A DNA stretch of 37,747 nt from a virus (lineage: Duplodnaviria; Heunggongvirae; Uroviricota; Caudoviricetes): IMG/VR virus record IMGVR_UViG_3300025012_000032. The stretch is one strand, 5' to 3'. Below, piece after piece: positions 9,662 through 18,857 of this stretch. The position numbers and the translations under genes are program-made. Position 1 is the stretch's first letter. Each line of letters begins with the position of its first letter. The notes beneath the pieces were generated by a model that was not told where the DNA came from, did no database searches, and saw only the letters and a list, made by a program, of their open reading frames with translations.

Positions 9662-10070
9662 TGAATTTAAAGGTAAATACTATTTCTTATCTAATTTCTA
9701 CAATGCTCCAATAATGTATGAAGGTTTACTTTATCAAAATAATGAATCTGCATTTCAGTCTGCAAAAGTTACCGATATAGAAAAGAGAAAACAATTCTGT
9801 TCAAAAGATCCTTCAACTGCTAAAAAGAAAGGGAGAAATGTGACTTTAAGGCATGATTGGGAAAAGATTAAAGATCAAGTTATGGAGGATTGTGTTAGAG
9901 ATAAATTTACAAGGAATGAGGATTTAAAGCAAAGATTGTTAGATACTGGTGATAAAGAATTAGTTGAAGGAAATGTGTGGAACGATGTATATTGGGGCGT
10001 ATGTCGAGGTAGAGGTAAGAATATGTTAGGTAAGATTCTTATGAAGGTTAGAAAGGAATTAAGAGAATAA
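9654..10070 (+). CDS. NADAR (YbiA-like) family hydrolase
   Basis: FLSNFY...ESAFQSAK...AKKKGR.V.LRHDWEKIK...KFTRN..LKQRLLDTG..LVEGN.W.D..WG....GKNMLGKILMKVR. Confidence 0.92.
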   Translation: MINEFKGKYYFLSNFYNAPIMYEGLLYQNNESAFQSAKVTDIEKRKQFCSKDPSTAKKKGRNVTLRHDWEKIKDQVMEDCVRDKFTRNEDLKQRLLDTGDKELVEGNVWNDVYWGVCRGRGKNMLGKILMKVRKELRE

Positions 10071-10121
10071 ACCAAAATAAAATGTATGTTTTAAAGTATA
10101 TTAAGGAGGTGAAATATAATT

Positions 10122-10358
10122 ATGGGAAAGGGAATTAGTTGGAAAGATATTGAAGCGGAATTACTAAAGGGTGAAGAATTCAGAAAAGAATATGAGTTAT
10201 TGAAAGAAGGTGAGAATATGGATTGTGAATATAGAATTAATGGATTTTGTGATATATTTGATATTGAGTGTGATAATCCTCAAGAGAATAATCCTGATAA
10301 CTACAATATTGAAGAAGGATTTCCTTGTATATGTGGACATTTTCAGCCTAAAGTCTAA
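10122..10358 (+). CDS. Hypothetical protein, possibly two fused fragments
   Basis: Helical acidic N-terminus followed by Cys-rich MDCEY...CICGHF half. Confidence 0.55.
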   Translation: MGKGISWKDIEAELLKGEEFRKEYELLKEGENMDCEYRINGFCDIFDIECDNPQENNPDNYNIEEGFPCICGHFQPKV

Positions 10359-10384
10359 ATAAAATAAAAAGGAGAGATAAACTT

Positions 10385-10747
10385 ATGAGTGAAACAGTTC
10401 ATTATAAAGGGACATTGACTGAGGTTTATAGATTAGAAAATGAGACATTAGAGGAACAATGTAAAAGAGTGTCATGGGTTGAAGAATTTAATGATGATTA
10501 TTATGATTCGTTTCAAGAGATGTTATTAGATCAAAGTTATGAAAGATATATTGTACACAATGATATTCTTTATTCTGTGACAAGACAAGAACTAAACACA
10601 GAAGATAGTTTATTTAATATGAGCAAAAACGAAGATGGTGATTTCGATTTTGAAGTTAGATATTATAATGGGGGATGTGGGTTTGATGAAGCTATTGAAC
10701 GCGCTTTTGAAAGAAAAGCAATGTTGAAAGATATTTTTGGAAATTAA
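10385..10747 (+). CDS. Hypothetical phage protein
   Basis: MSETVHYKG...YYNGGCGFDEAI, a pattern common in phages; AAGGAG RBS. Confidence 0.75.
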   Translation: MSETVHYKGTLTEVYRLENETLEEQCKRVSWVEEFNDDYYDSFQEMLLDQSYERYIVHNDILYSVTRQELNTEDSLFNMSKNEDGDFDFEVRYYNGGCGFDEAIERAFERKAMLKDIFGN

Positions 10748-10770
10748 ATTATGAAAGGAAGAAAACATAA

Positions 10771-11412
10771 ATGATTAAACTATATTACAACTATTTTAAA
10801 TACATCTTAGAACATAAAAAGAACATCTTTAAGACCTGTTGGAAAAGAAAACTATATCTCCACGCTATCACTCATGATCTAAGTAAATTTAGTCCACAAG
10901 AATTTATTCCATATGCAGAATGGTTTTATGGATATCATGGAATAAACCTCGAAAAAGATTATAATCATGAACAATTGAATAATGGTATGTCATGTGTAAG
11001 TAATAATTATTTAGAATGTAAAAGAAATTTTGACAAGGCATGGGAGCATCATTATAAAAATAATCCTCATCATTGGGACTACTGGTTAGATGAGAAGGGC
11101 ATTCCGCAAAGAATAGATAGTATATATCTTAATCAAATGATAGCAGATTGGGAAGCGATGTCTTTAAAGTTTGGTGGTTCTACTCAAGAGTATTATTTAA
11201 ATAATTACAATAAGATTAAATTGGAGAGGGATACAAGAATAAAATTGGAGATGATGTTAGGTTTAAATGATAGTTTGGCACATAATTATGGTCATACATT
11301 AGAAGAGTTTGTTAATATGTGGGATGAAAGCGAGTATAATATGGTTTTTAGATTTGTTAAGGATAGGTATGGGGTTGATAGTTATGAATTGTTGAAAGGA
11401 GAAGTAAAATGA
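10771..11412 (+). CDS. DUF5662-family HD-like protein
   Basis: HK...HDLSKF...AWEHHYKNNPHHWDYW...MIADW. Confidence 0.75.
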   Translation: MIKLYYNYFKYILEHKKNIFKTCWKRKLYLHAITHDLSKFSPQEFIPYAEWFYGYHGINLEKDYNHEQLNNGMSCVSNNYLECKRNFDKAWEHHYKNNPHHWDYWLDEKGIPQRIDSIYLNQMIADWEAMSLKFGGSTQEYYLNNYNKIKLERDTRIKLEMMLGLNDSLAHNYGHTLEEFVNMWDESEYNMVFRFVKDRYGVDSYELLKGEVK

Positions 11413-11779
11413 GAAATATTGAATTCCGTGGTAAATGTATAGATGATGGTGAATGGGCGTATGGAGATTATTATTCAACTGATGAAATGCCACAAAGAGG
11501 AGAAATTGACATTATATTAAGTGTGGATTAAACGAAGAATATAGAGTTGTCCCTGAAACAGTTGGTCAATATATTGGAATTAAAGACAAAAATAATATAG
11601 AGATATATGAAAATGATTTAATTAAACTCGATGCAGTTATATTTCAGGTAAAATGGAGTAAATTACTTGCTGGTTTTGTTGGTAAATTTAATAATGAACA
11701 TGAATTATTTGCATGTTATCAGAACTTGTATAAAATCGTTGGCAATATTCACGACAATCCAGAGATGTTAGAAGTGTAG
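11409..11779 (+). pseudogene. yopX: YopX-family protein with a 1-nt frameshift near 11510
   Basis: MRNIEFRGKCIDDGEWAYGDY in one frame; HYIKCG...VPETVGQYIGIKDKNNIEIYENDL...IVGNIHDNPEMLEV* in another; total length 371 nt = 3n-1. Confidence 0.8.
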
Positions 11780-11826
11780 TTTCAATTCAAAGACAAATTC
11801 TATTTGGATGAAAGGATGGTAAAAAT

Positions 11827-12009
11827 ATGATTTATGTCGATATTGATAGTTTCCAAACAGGTCAATGTGAAGAGTGTGGTTGCCGAACTTATAGAGTAGT
11901 TTATGTTGCAAGTTATTCATTTTATTTATGTAATGCATGTGCAAAAAAGTTATACAATGCTTTAATTTGTGATAGTGAACTTCTAAGCCAAATTTTAAGA
12001 TTAAGATAA
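11827..12009 (+). CDS. Small zinc-finger protein
   Basis: CEECGC...LCNAC. Confidence 0.65.
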   Translation: MIYVDIDSFQTGQCEECGCRTYRVVYVASYSFYLCNACAKKLYNALICDSELLSQILRLR

Positions 12010-12075
12010 GCCGATCAAATCCAGAATTTAAATGCTAATTAATAAATACAAAATAATAAATGGAGGAATACAATA

Positions 12076-13257
12076 TTGAACAATGATTTTAATAAAGACT
12101 TGCCAATCCCCTCTTACCATGCGATGATTGAGCATGACAGCAAGGAGGAGTTCGGTCTGAAGATTGGAATAATAGATGCAGATTTATTAAGTAATAATAG
12201 TCATAGGTTTCCTAATTTAGCATTAATGAAAATTAGTGCATATCATAAATATAGAAGGTCTGATAAAGTTACTTTGCTAATGAACTATAATGATATAGAA
12301 AAATACGACATGGTTTACATTTCTAAAGTGTTTGATTATACAGACATCCCAATTGATATAATGAAATATGATAATCTATATTATGGAGGGACAGGATTTT
12401 ATTATGAACTTATGCCTGATCTCCCAGACTTTATGGAACATATGAAACCGGATTATATCTTATATCATAGTTGGATAGGTGATATGATGAGAAAAGGAGC
12501 AAAAAGAAAAGAATTTGAGTATTATCTAGACTACTCAATTGGATTTATGACTAGAGGTTGTTTTCGTAAGTGTGAGTTCTGTGTGAATAAGAAATACGAC
12601 AAGGTTCAATTACACTCCCCAATTAAAGAATTTTTAGATGAAGATAAACTATACATATGTTTATTGGATGATAACTTATTTGGTTATCCAAAATGGAAAA
12701 ATATTATAGAAGAGTTAGTTACCACTAAGAAATCGTTCCAATTCAAACAAGGATTAGATTTAAGGTTAATGACTGATGATAAAGCAAAAACAATGTCAGA
12801 AGTTAAATACAAAGGTGATTACATATTTGCATTTGATGATATTATGGATAGAGACTTGATAGAAGAAAAATTGACATTGTGGAGAAAATACAATACAAAA
12901 ACAACAAAACTTTATGTTTTAGTCGCCTATGGTAGTCAGGGTATTGGTGATATATATTCTATGTTTGAGAGAATAAAAATACTTATGAAGTATCAATGTT
13001 TACCATACATAATGAGGTATAAGGATTATAAAGATAGTGAATTTTATGGTACATATGTTAATGTAGCTAGATGGTGTAACCAACCATCACAATTTAAGAA
13101 AAGAAGTTACAGAGAGTGGTGTCAAGCCAATGTGGATGTTAATGGAGAGAACTGTTCTGCTAATAGATATATGAAGGATTTAGAATCAAAGTATCCAGAT
13201 GTTGCTGAGATGTATTATGATCTTAAATTTACTGATTTTGGAAATCTAGTAAAATAG
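12076..13257 (+). CDS. Radical SAM protein (phage family with N-terminal KIGIIDAD..FPNLALMK domain)
   Basis: GCFRKCEFC CxxxCxxC motif; LLDDN; QGLDLR. Confidence 0.85.
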   Translation: MNNDFNKDLPIPSYHAMIEHDSKEEFGLKIGIIDADLLSNNSHRFPNLALMKISAYHKYRRSDKVTLLMNYNDIEKYDMVYISKVFDYTDIPIDIMKYDNLYYGGTGFYYELMPDLPDFMEHMKPDYILYHSWIGDMMRKGAKRKEFEYYLDYSIGFMTRGCFRKCEFCVNKKYDKVQLHSPIKEFLDEDKLYICLLDDNLFGYPKWKNIIEELVTTKKSFQFKQGLDLRLMTDDKAKTMSEVKYKGDYIFAFDDIMDRDLIEEKLTLWRKYNTKTTKLYVLVAYGSQGIGDIYSMFERIKILMKYQCLPYIMRYKDYKDSEFYGTYVNVARWCNQPSQFKKRSYREWCQANVDVNGENCSANRYMKDLESKYPDVAEMYYDLKFTDFGNLVK

Positions 13258-13355
13258 ATTTCCAAAATATACCATAAAATTCATATTTCATGCTAAGTAC
13301 GAGTTTGAAAAATGGAGCATGAGCGAGTAAATGGAAGTATGAAGGAGGTGATAAT

Positions 13356-13631
13356 ATGGAATTAAAATTACCTGTAAGATTTTTAGATCATTTGCCTGAA
13401 TTAAGTGAATATAATTCAAATTATTATAGAATTCCATTTGAGGTTAATGATTGTTCCATTTTGTATGGGGAAAGTGACGATGATAATACTACATTATGGG
13501 AGTTAGGTAGTTTTGTTAATGGAGAATTTGTGCGTAATTGCTATCTTGGTGAATCTTATACTTATATTAGTTGGCAAAAAGAAGAATACATTAATCTTTT
13601 AGACGCTAATAAAGATATGATATGGACATAA
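13356..13631 (+). CDS. Hypothetical phage protein
   Basis: 91 aa; GGAGGTG RBS. Confidence 0.7.
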   Translation: MELKLPVRFLDHLPELSEYNSNYYRIPFEVNDCSILYGESDDDNTTLWELGSFVNGEFVRNCYLGESYTYISWQKEEYINLLDANKDMIWT

Positions 13632-13673
13632 ATAAGGTAAATTAATTGGTGGAAGAGGGGTAGTCGTCGTTAA

Positions 13674-13865
13674 ATGAGTAAGTTTAATTTTGAATCACCT
13701 AAACAATTAGTTGGATTTCTATTTAGCATTATTAGAAGCGGAGAAACATTGACTATAGAGGAAGAAAATGAAATTTTAAGAACCTATTTAGATTTTGAAA
13801 TAAAAGAAATTGAATTAAAAAATTCCATTAAAGAAATATATAATAAATATATAAGGGAAGCATGA
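13674..13865 (+). CDS. Hypothetical phage protein
   Basis: 63 aa ORF. Confidence 0.55.
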   Translation: MSKFNFESPKQLVGFLFSIIRSGETLTIEEENEILRTYLDFEIKEIELKNSIKEIYNKYIREA

Positions 13866-14021
13866 GGGAAGTGTTTTTATGAATAGAATATGTGAAATTT
13901 GTGAAAAAGAAATCGAAAAGGGAACAGGAGAAGAATTTCTAGATGAGACATGTAGTTATATATTTTGGTTGTGTGATGTTTGTTTTTCAAAAGAGATAAA
14001 TAAAATAAATGGAGGATTAGA

Positions 14022-14267
14022 ATGAGCGATTATAAATATATTGGTATTACTTTTAATTATCTTAACTTTGATTTTAATCATGGAATAAATAGCACTCAGA
14101 TTTGTGATAAGTGTGCTAAAGAAAATCATTTAGGCGAATTAGGTTATGGCTACATTTTAGATTTAAATGAGAACCAAGGAGGGATTTGTGCAGTCGATGG
14201 TTGCCATAATAAAGCAGACCATACTATCGAATTTTATGTTGATGAAGATAAAACAAGTGATAATTAA
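14022..14267 (+). CDS. Small Cys/His-containing protein
   Basis: CDKC...CAVDGCHNKADH. Confidence 0.65.
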   Translation: MSDYKYIGITFNYLNFDFNHGINSTQICDKCAKENHLGELGYGYILDLNENQGGICAVDGCHNKADHTIEFYVDEDKTSDN

Positions 14268-14286
14268 ATTGTAAGGAGGTTATCTT

Positions 14287-14481
14287 ATGAATTTTTTATA
14301 TAAATGTCCGAATTGTAGTAAAAATTCACTAGCTGAAGACTGGAATAAATCAAATAAGATGAAAATTGCCATGAATGATTCACGTCCAGTACCAGAGGCA
14401 TTAAAAATAATTGGAATTTATCTTGATTGTCCAAAATGTAGTGAGGAAATTTATTGTAAAGATATAATTACTATTAAATAA
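14287..14481 (+). CDS. Small zinc-ribbon protein
   Basis: CPNC...CPKC. Confidence 0.65.
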   Translation: MNFLYKCPNCSKNSLAEDWNKSNKMKIAMNDSRPVPEALKIIGIYLDCPKCSEEIYCKDIITIK

Positions 14482-14506
14482 AAATATAGAAAGTAGGAAT
14501 AAAATA

Positions 14507-15499
14507 TTGGAAAAGCTAAAAGTATTTGAAGGTTTTGCAGGATTGGGTGCGGTTAGTAAAGCAATGGAGAGATTAAATATATGCCATGAACTGGTTGGAT
14601 TTTCTGAAATAGATAAATATGCAATTAAGTCATTTGGTTTAATACATAATGTAAATGAAGAATTAAATAATGGTGATGTCTGTCTGATAGATGAGACAAA
14701 ACTTCCAGATTTTGATTTGTACACGTTCGGCAGCCCTTGTCAAGATTTTAGTGTGGCTGGCAAACAAAAAGGGGCAACGTGGACTTGCAAAGATTGTAAT
14801 TATGAATATAATCCACTAGATGTTCATTATAGTAAACGAGATTCTTGCCCTATTTGTAATAAGCATAATATAAATAAAACGAGATCGAGTTTAGTTGTTG
14901 AAGCACTAAGGATTATTAGACATAAGAAACCAAAGTATTTGCTTATGGAAAATGTTAAAGGTCTTATAGGTAAACAATTCAAACCTAGTTTTGATAAGAT
15001 AATAACTGAATTACAAGAGTATGGATATAATATATATTGGGATGTATTAAATGCAAAAGATTATGGAATTCCTCAAAATAGAGAACGAGTGATCGTCATT
15101 AGTATAAGGAAAGATATTGATAATAATTCATTTAAATTCCCTGAAGGATTTGATAATGGAATTAGATTAAGAGACCTATTAGAATATGAAGTTGATGAAA
15201 AATATTATATAAGTCAAGATAAGACTGAAAAATTACTTGAACAATTAAAAGATAAAGAATTCTCTAATACTATAAGAGCAGGAGGAAGAGGTTCTTTAGA
15301 TAGACATCAGTGGGATATGGTTTGTGTAAATACAAAAATGCAAGATTTACAAACTAGAGAAGATGGTTTATCTTGTACATTGACTGCTTCGATGTATAAA
15401 GAACCTTTAAAAGTAGTAGAAGTAAGACCATGTATAACTCCTGTGATTGCATGGGAAATTAAAGAGTGTTACGAGAAGTCAGGTTGGCCTTGGAGTTAA
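14507..15499 (+). CDS. dcm: DNA (cytosine-5) methyltransferase, C-terminally truncated (no motifs IX/X), with a Zn-ribbon insert
   Basis: FEGFAGLGA (I), GSPCQDFS (IV), ENVKG (VI), PQNRERV (VIII); ends VRPCITPVIAWEIKECYEKSGWPWS with no LTPRE or GNS motif. Confidence 0.85.
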   Translation: MEKLKVFEGFAGLGAVSKAMERLNICHELVGFSEIDKYAIKSFGLIHNVNEELNNGDVCLIDETKLPDFDLYTFGSPCQDFSVAGKQKGATWTCKDCNYEYNPLDVHYSKRDSCPICNKHNINKTRSSLVVEALRIIRHKKPKYLLMENVKGLIGKQFKPSFDKIITELQEYGYNIYWDVLNAKDYGIPQNRERVIVISIRKDIDNNSFKFPEGFDNGIRLRDLLEYEVDEKYYISQDKTEKLLEQLKDKEFSNTIRAGGRGSLDRHQWDMVCVNTKMQDLQTREDGLSCTLTASMYKEPLKVVEVRPCITPVIAWEIKECYEKSGWPWS

Positions 15500-15544
15500 C
15501 TTAAAACAAAAGTTTTAATTGAATTAGGAGGAGAGAAAATAAAA

Positions 15545-16093
15545 ATGAATTATATTATTTTCGATTTAGAGGCAACATGTAAAGAAAATGACCAAACATT
15601 TGAAAATGAAATTATTGAGATTGGAGCAGTAAAGGTAAACAATAAACTAGAAACTATTGACGAATTTAGTGCTTTTCTTAAACCTATTATCAATCCTATT
15701 CTCACACCATTTTGTACACAACTTACAACAATTAAACAATCTAATGTAGATAATGCAAAACATCCTAAACAAGTCATTCAAGATTTTATTAATTGGTGCG
15801 GTATGAACAATTATCTTACATCTTCTTATCTATTATGTTCTTGGGGATTTTATGATAAGAAACAATTTAAACACGATTGTAATTATCATAGAATGAATAC
15901 TAGATGGTTAAATAATCACATAAGTCTTAAACATCAATTTGCAGAAATTAAAAAGATTAGACCTTGTGGTATGGGTAAAGCATTGAGTATGTTAAAATTA
16001 CCATTGGAAGGCACACATCATAGAGGCATTGATGATGCTAAGAATATTTCAAAAATATTTAAAGCTTGTTTTGATCAGTGGGACTTGTCATAA
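15545..16093 (+). CDS. DEDDh 3'-5' exonuclease (ERI-1/KapD-like)
   Basis: IIFDLEATC...EIIEIGAV...WGFYD...HHRGIDDAKNI. Confidence 0.9.
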   Translation: MNYIIFDLEATCKENDQTFENEIIEIGAVKVNNKLETIDEFSAFLKPIINPILTPFCTQLTTIKQSNVDNAKHPKQVIQDFINWCGMNNYLTSSYLLCSWGFYDKKQFKHDCNYHRMNTRWLNNHISLKHQFAEIKKIRPCGMGKALSMLKLPLEGTHHRGIDDAKNISKIFKACFDQWDLS

Positions 16094-16344
16094 AAGTAGA
16101 GTTTCAAACTAACATTGAGGAGGAATTAATTATGGAAATGAATAAGAAACTAGTTCAACTGGGAGATTTAGTTAATGTATATGGTGATATTAACTGTGTA
16201 GTTGTTAAGGTGAAGGGTGATAAACCTTATAGAACTATTAATATTAAGACATTTGAAGAAGTTTATGCTTATGAAGATATGGAAACTTTAAGGGCTAATT
16301 GCCCTCCGCTGAATCGAGAAGAGATCACTTTAACACTACGTTAA
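16078..16344 (+). CDS. Hypothetical phage protein (true start likely the ATG near 16132, after GAGGAGG)
   Basis: RBS position; KOW/SH3-like beta composition. Confidence 0.55.
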   Translation: MGLVIKVEFQTNIEEELIMEMNKKLVQLGDLVNVYGDINCVVVKVKGDKPYRTINIKTFEEVYAYEDMETLRANCPPLNREEITLTLR

Positions 16345-16377
16345 ATTAGATATTTCAAATGAAAGGAGAGAATTAAA

Positions 16378-16647
16378 ATGAAAATAATCCCTTATTCTTT
16401 TTCTAAACGAGGAGAACTTGTTGTTTATCCACAAATTAACAGGGTAGTGTGGCGTTGTTATTCTGATCAAGTTGATATGAGACTTGTAATTATTACAAAA
16501 GTAACAGATGAAGGATGTTATTATAATTGGACTTGGCAAGAAATTTTTGATGATGGTACTCTGAGTCGTGAAGAAACTGGTGGAAGTCATTTCTATGAAT
16601 ATTATGGTAATTATACTGTTGAAAGAAGTGTTAAGTTAATACCATAA
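16378..16647 (+). CDS. Hypothetical phage protein
   Basis: 89 aa; AAAGGAG RBS. Confidence 0.7.
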   Translation: MKIIPYSFSKRGELVVYPQINRVVWRCYSDQVDMRLVIITKVTDEGCYYNWTWQEIFDDGTLSREETGGSHFYEYYGNYTVERSVKLIP

Positions 16648-16927
16648 ATCAACCATTTGGTTTGATAATTTGGAATTTACTACTAGAAAAACCAAACAAT
16701 TACATGTATAATTAGGCATGAGAGGTGTAAATCATGCAAGATATTATCAATACTATTAAGACTTCAAATAATCCTAATGAAGTAAAGCAAATACTAAAAC
16801 CATTAAAAACCAAAGAAGTGATTAAGATTGCAAAATGTTTAGGTATTTGTATTAGAGGAAATGAGAACAAAACTGAAATAATTAATAATATTATTTTAGA
16901 AATTATGAAATAGAAAGGACATGGTGA

Positions 16928-17125
16928 ATGTTAATGCAGATAGAAGTAGAAATAATCCACACAAATGAGTTTAAAAATTCAGAATATGTTTGGGCAGTAA
17001 TTATTTGTGAAACCGATGACTGGTTAGATACTTTTATTACTTATCAATTAGCAGAGAAGTTTTGTGAAGAGAATGGATATATTATTAAGGGGTATGGGAA
17101 AAGAACTGTTCCTAATGGGTTTTGA
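16928..17125 (+). CDS. Hypothetical phage protein
   Basis: 65 aa ORF. Confidence 0.6.
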   Translation: MLMQIEVEIIHTNEFKNSEYVWAVIICETDDWLDTFITYQLAEKFCEENGYIIKGYGKRTVPNGF

Positions 17126-17216
17126 AGTAAGAAATAAAATTTTGTAACGTAATTGACTTATGGGTTGTTGATATGGTAGAATAGGGTAAGAAGAAATTGA
17201 GAGGTGGAAGATAAAA

Positions 17217-17447
17217 ATGGCATCAATAAATGAGAGAATACATGCTTTATCTGAAGTAGAAATTAAGCAAGCATTTGATGATGTAATGGAATACAATAAG
17301 CAAGGGTCTATGGGTGAAACATTTGTTAGAAAAATTAGAGATGATTTTGCTAATGAAATAGGTGTTGATTCTTGGGATCTTAATTGTATGTTTACTTGTA
17401 GTTATATTATGGAAGAGATAGTTAAGAGACATTACGGAGTATCGTAA
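17217..17447 (+). CDS. Hypothetical phage protein
   Basis: 76 aa ORF. Confidence 0.65.
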   Translation: MASINERIHALSEVEIKQAFDDVMEYNKQGSMGETFVRKIRDDFANEIGVDSWDLNCMFTCSYIMEEIVKRHYGVS

Positions 17448-17506
17448 ATTAGATACTCCTTCCCTAATGAAATGAATTTAGGAGATATTATTTTAAGATT
17501 GAAAGG

Positions 17507-17872
17507 ATGATTAAAATGAAAGTTTTAGCATTAGAACGTATTGGAGAAGATTCGTATGGCAATGGAAAATACACTCTCGAATATCAAGAAAATAATACAG
17601 AGAGTGAAAACAATTACATTGAAAATCAAGTAGACGGTTATCCTGTTTATTTTGATTATAAAGGATTTACATTTGATGATCCAATTATTACGGAAGCTTT
17701 AACTAATTACTTTGATAAGCAATTTTATAGTAATGATATTATTTCTTTTGAAGAACTTAAGGAAATGTTTGATTCTCATATGGAATTAAGAGGTACTAAT
17801 ACAATTACTAAAATTAAGCGTATTTGTATTGAATACGCAATTCAAAAACTAAAGGAAATTGAGTTTGAATAA
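17507..17872 (+). CDS. Hypothetical phage protein
   Basis: 121 aa ORF. Confidence 0.7.
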   Translation: MIKMKVLALERIGEDSYGNGKYTLEYQENNTESENNYIENQVDGYPVYFDYKGFTFDDPIITEALTNYFDKQFYSNDIISFEELKEMFDSHMELRGTNTITKIKRICIEYAIQKLKEIEFE

Positions 17873-17881
17873 AAATTCTTA

Positions 17882-17916
17882 ACCATGAAACCCTTATATA
17901 TCAAGGGTTTCATGGT
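17882..17916. other. Perfect 14-bp inverted repeat with a 7-nt loop
   Basis: ACCATGAAACCCTT-atatatc-AAGGGTTTCATGGT. Confidence 0.9.
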
Positions 17917-18067
17917 ACATGATATCCTAAGAAAGACGTAATTTATGCTAGTTGGTATTTGAAAAACGGAGGAGATAGAAAAATGAAATGGTCAAATTAA
18001 TCTCAGATAAAATAGGATATGACTTTATTTATTGTAGTGCGATATTAGAGGTCGTTGAAAGGCAGGA

Positions 18068-18307
18068 ATGTTGCCACCCAGAAATCCTTATGCCACTTTT
18101 GAACAGCAAGTAGAACATGGAACATTACACGTTTGGGAAGATGAAAATTCAGATCAGGTTGAATGCCTAGATTGCGGTCATAAAGACAATAAGTGTAATT
18201 TTCAATCTCATATAGTAATTAAAAATACTGATTCTCAAGAATATATTGACCAACTATTAAAAACATTACGATGCCCAAAGTGTTTAAATTTAATCAAAAG
18301 AATCTAA
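18068..18307 (+). CDS. Zinc-ribbon protein
   Basis: CLDCGH...CPKC. Confidence 0.55.
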   Translation: MLPPRNPYATFEQQVEHGTLHVWEDENSDQVECLDCGHKDNKCNFQSHIVIKNTDSQEYIDQLLKTLRCPKCLNLIKRI

Positions 18308-18351
18308 TATCACAGCAAACGTGAATTTCGAAGTATTTAGAAAGGAATTGT

Positions 18352-18537
18352 ATGATGGAAGAATTGACACAAGAAGAAAAAGAATTGATTATAGATTTTA
18401 TATCATGTGCTTATGGAGAAGGATATTCTGGTGGTGGGGAGTCATATACTAAAAAGATTGATATTGAAGAAGGAATTCGGAGCATTGGTAGAAAACTAGG
18501 GTTCTCAAATAAAGTGATTAATCATATTTTTGAGTAA
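18352..18537 (+). CDS. Hypothetical phage protein
   Basis: 61 aa; AAAGGA RBS. Confidence 0.6.
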   Translation: MMEELTQEEKELIIDFISCAYGEGYSGGGESYTKKIDIEEGIRSIGRKLGFSNKVINHIFE

Positions 18538-18739
18538 TAATCCTAGTAAAATTAAGGTTTATGGTAAATCAAAGGAGGAAATTAAAATGATTCGTAACGG
18601 ATTTATCAACGATGATACTTATAAATGTAGTGATTGTGAGGAAGAATTTCAAGTCTTTAGCAAAAGTGGATCAACAACAAACTTTTGTCCATCATGTGCC
18701 AGTAGAGATATTGAACCTATTGACGAGGAGGATGAATAA
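18530..18739 (+). CDS. Small zinc-ribbon protein
   Basis: CSDC...FCPSCAS. Confidence 0.6.
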   Translation: MSNNPSKIKVYGKSKEEIKMIRNGFINDDTYKCSDCEEEFQVFSKSGSTTNFCPSCASRDIEPIDEEDE

Positions 18740-18771
18740 TTCTCATAAGTTTTATTCATTGAATTGAAAAA

Positions 18772-18835
18772 ATAAACCTAATATAGTAATTGTAATTCAT
18801 TTCACAGTATGTTAATATAATTATATTAGGTTTAT
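18772..18835. promoter_or_regulatory. 14-bp perfect inverted repeats bracketing the uvsE upstream region
   Basis: ATAAACCTAATATA (18772-18785) and TATATTAGGTTTAT (18822-18835), 36-bp spacer containing TTGTAA and TATAAT-like hexamers. Confidence 0.6.
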
Positions 18836-18857
18836 ATCCCAAAGGAGGAATTACATA

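Noticed and set aside
18740-18857. LexA/SOS box upstream of uvsE
   Set aside because: No GAAC-N4-GTTC-like match was found by eye.
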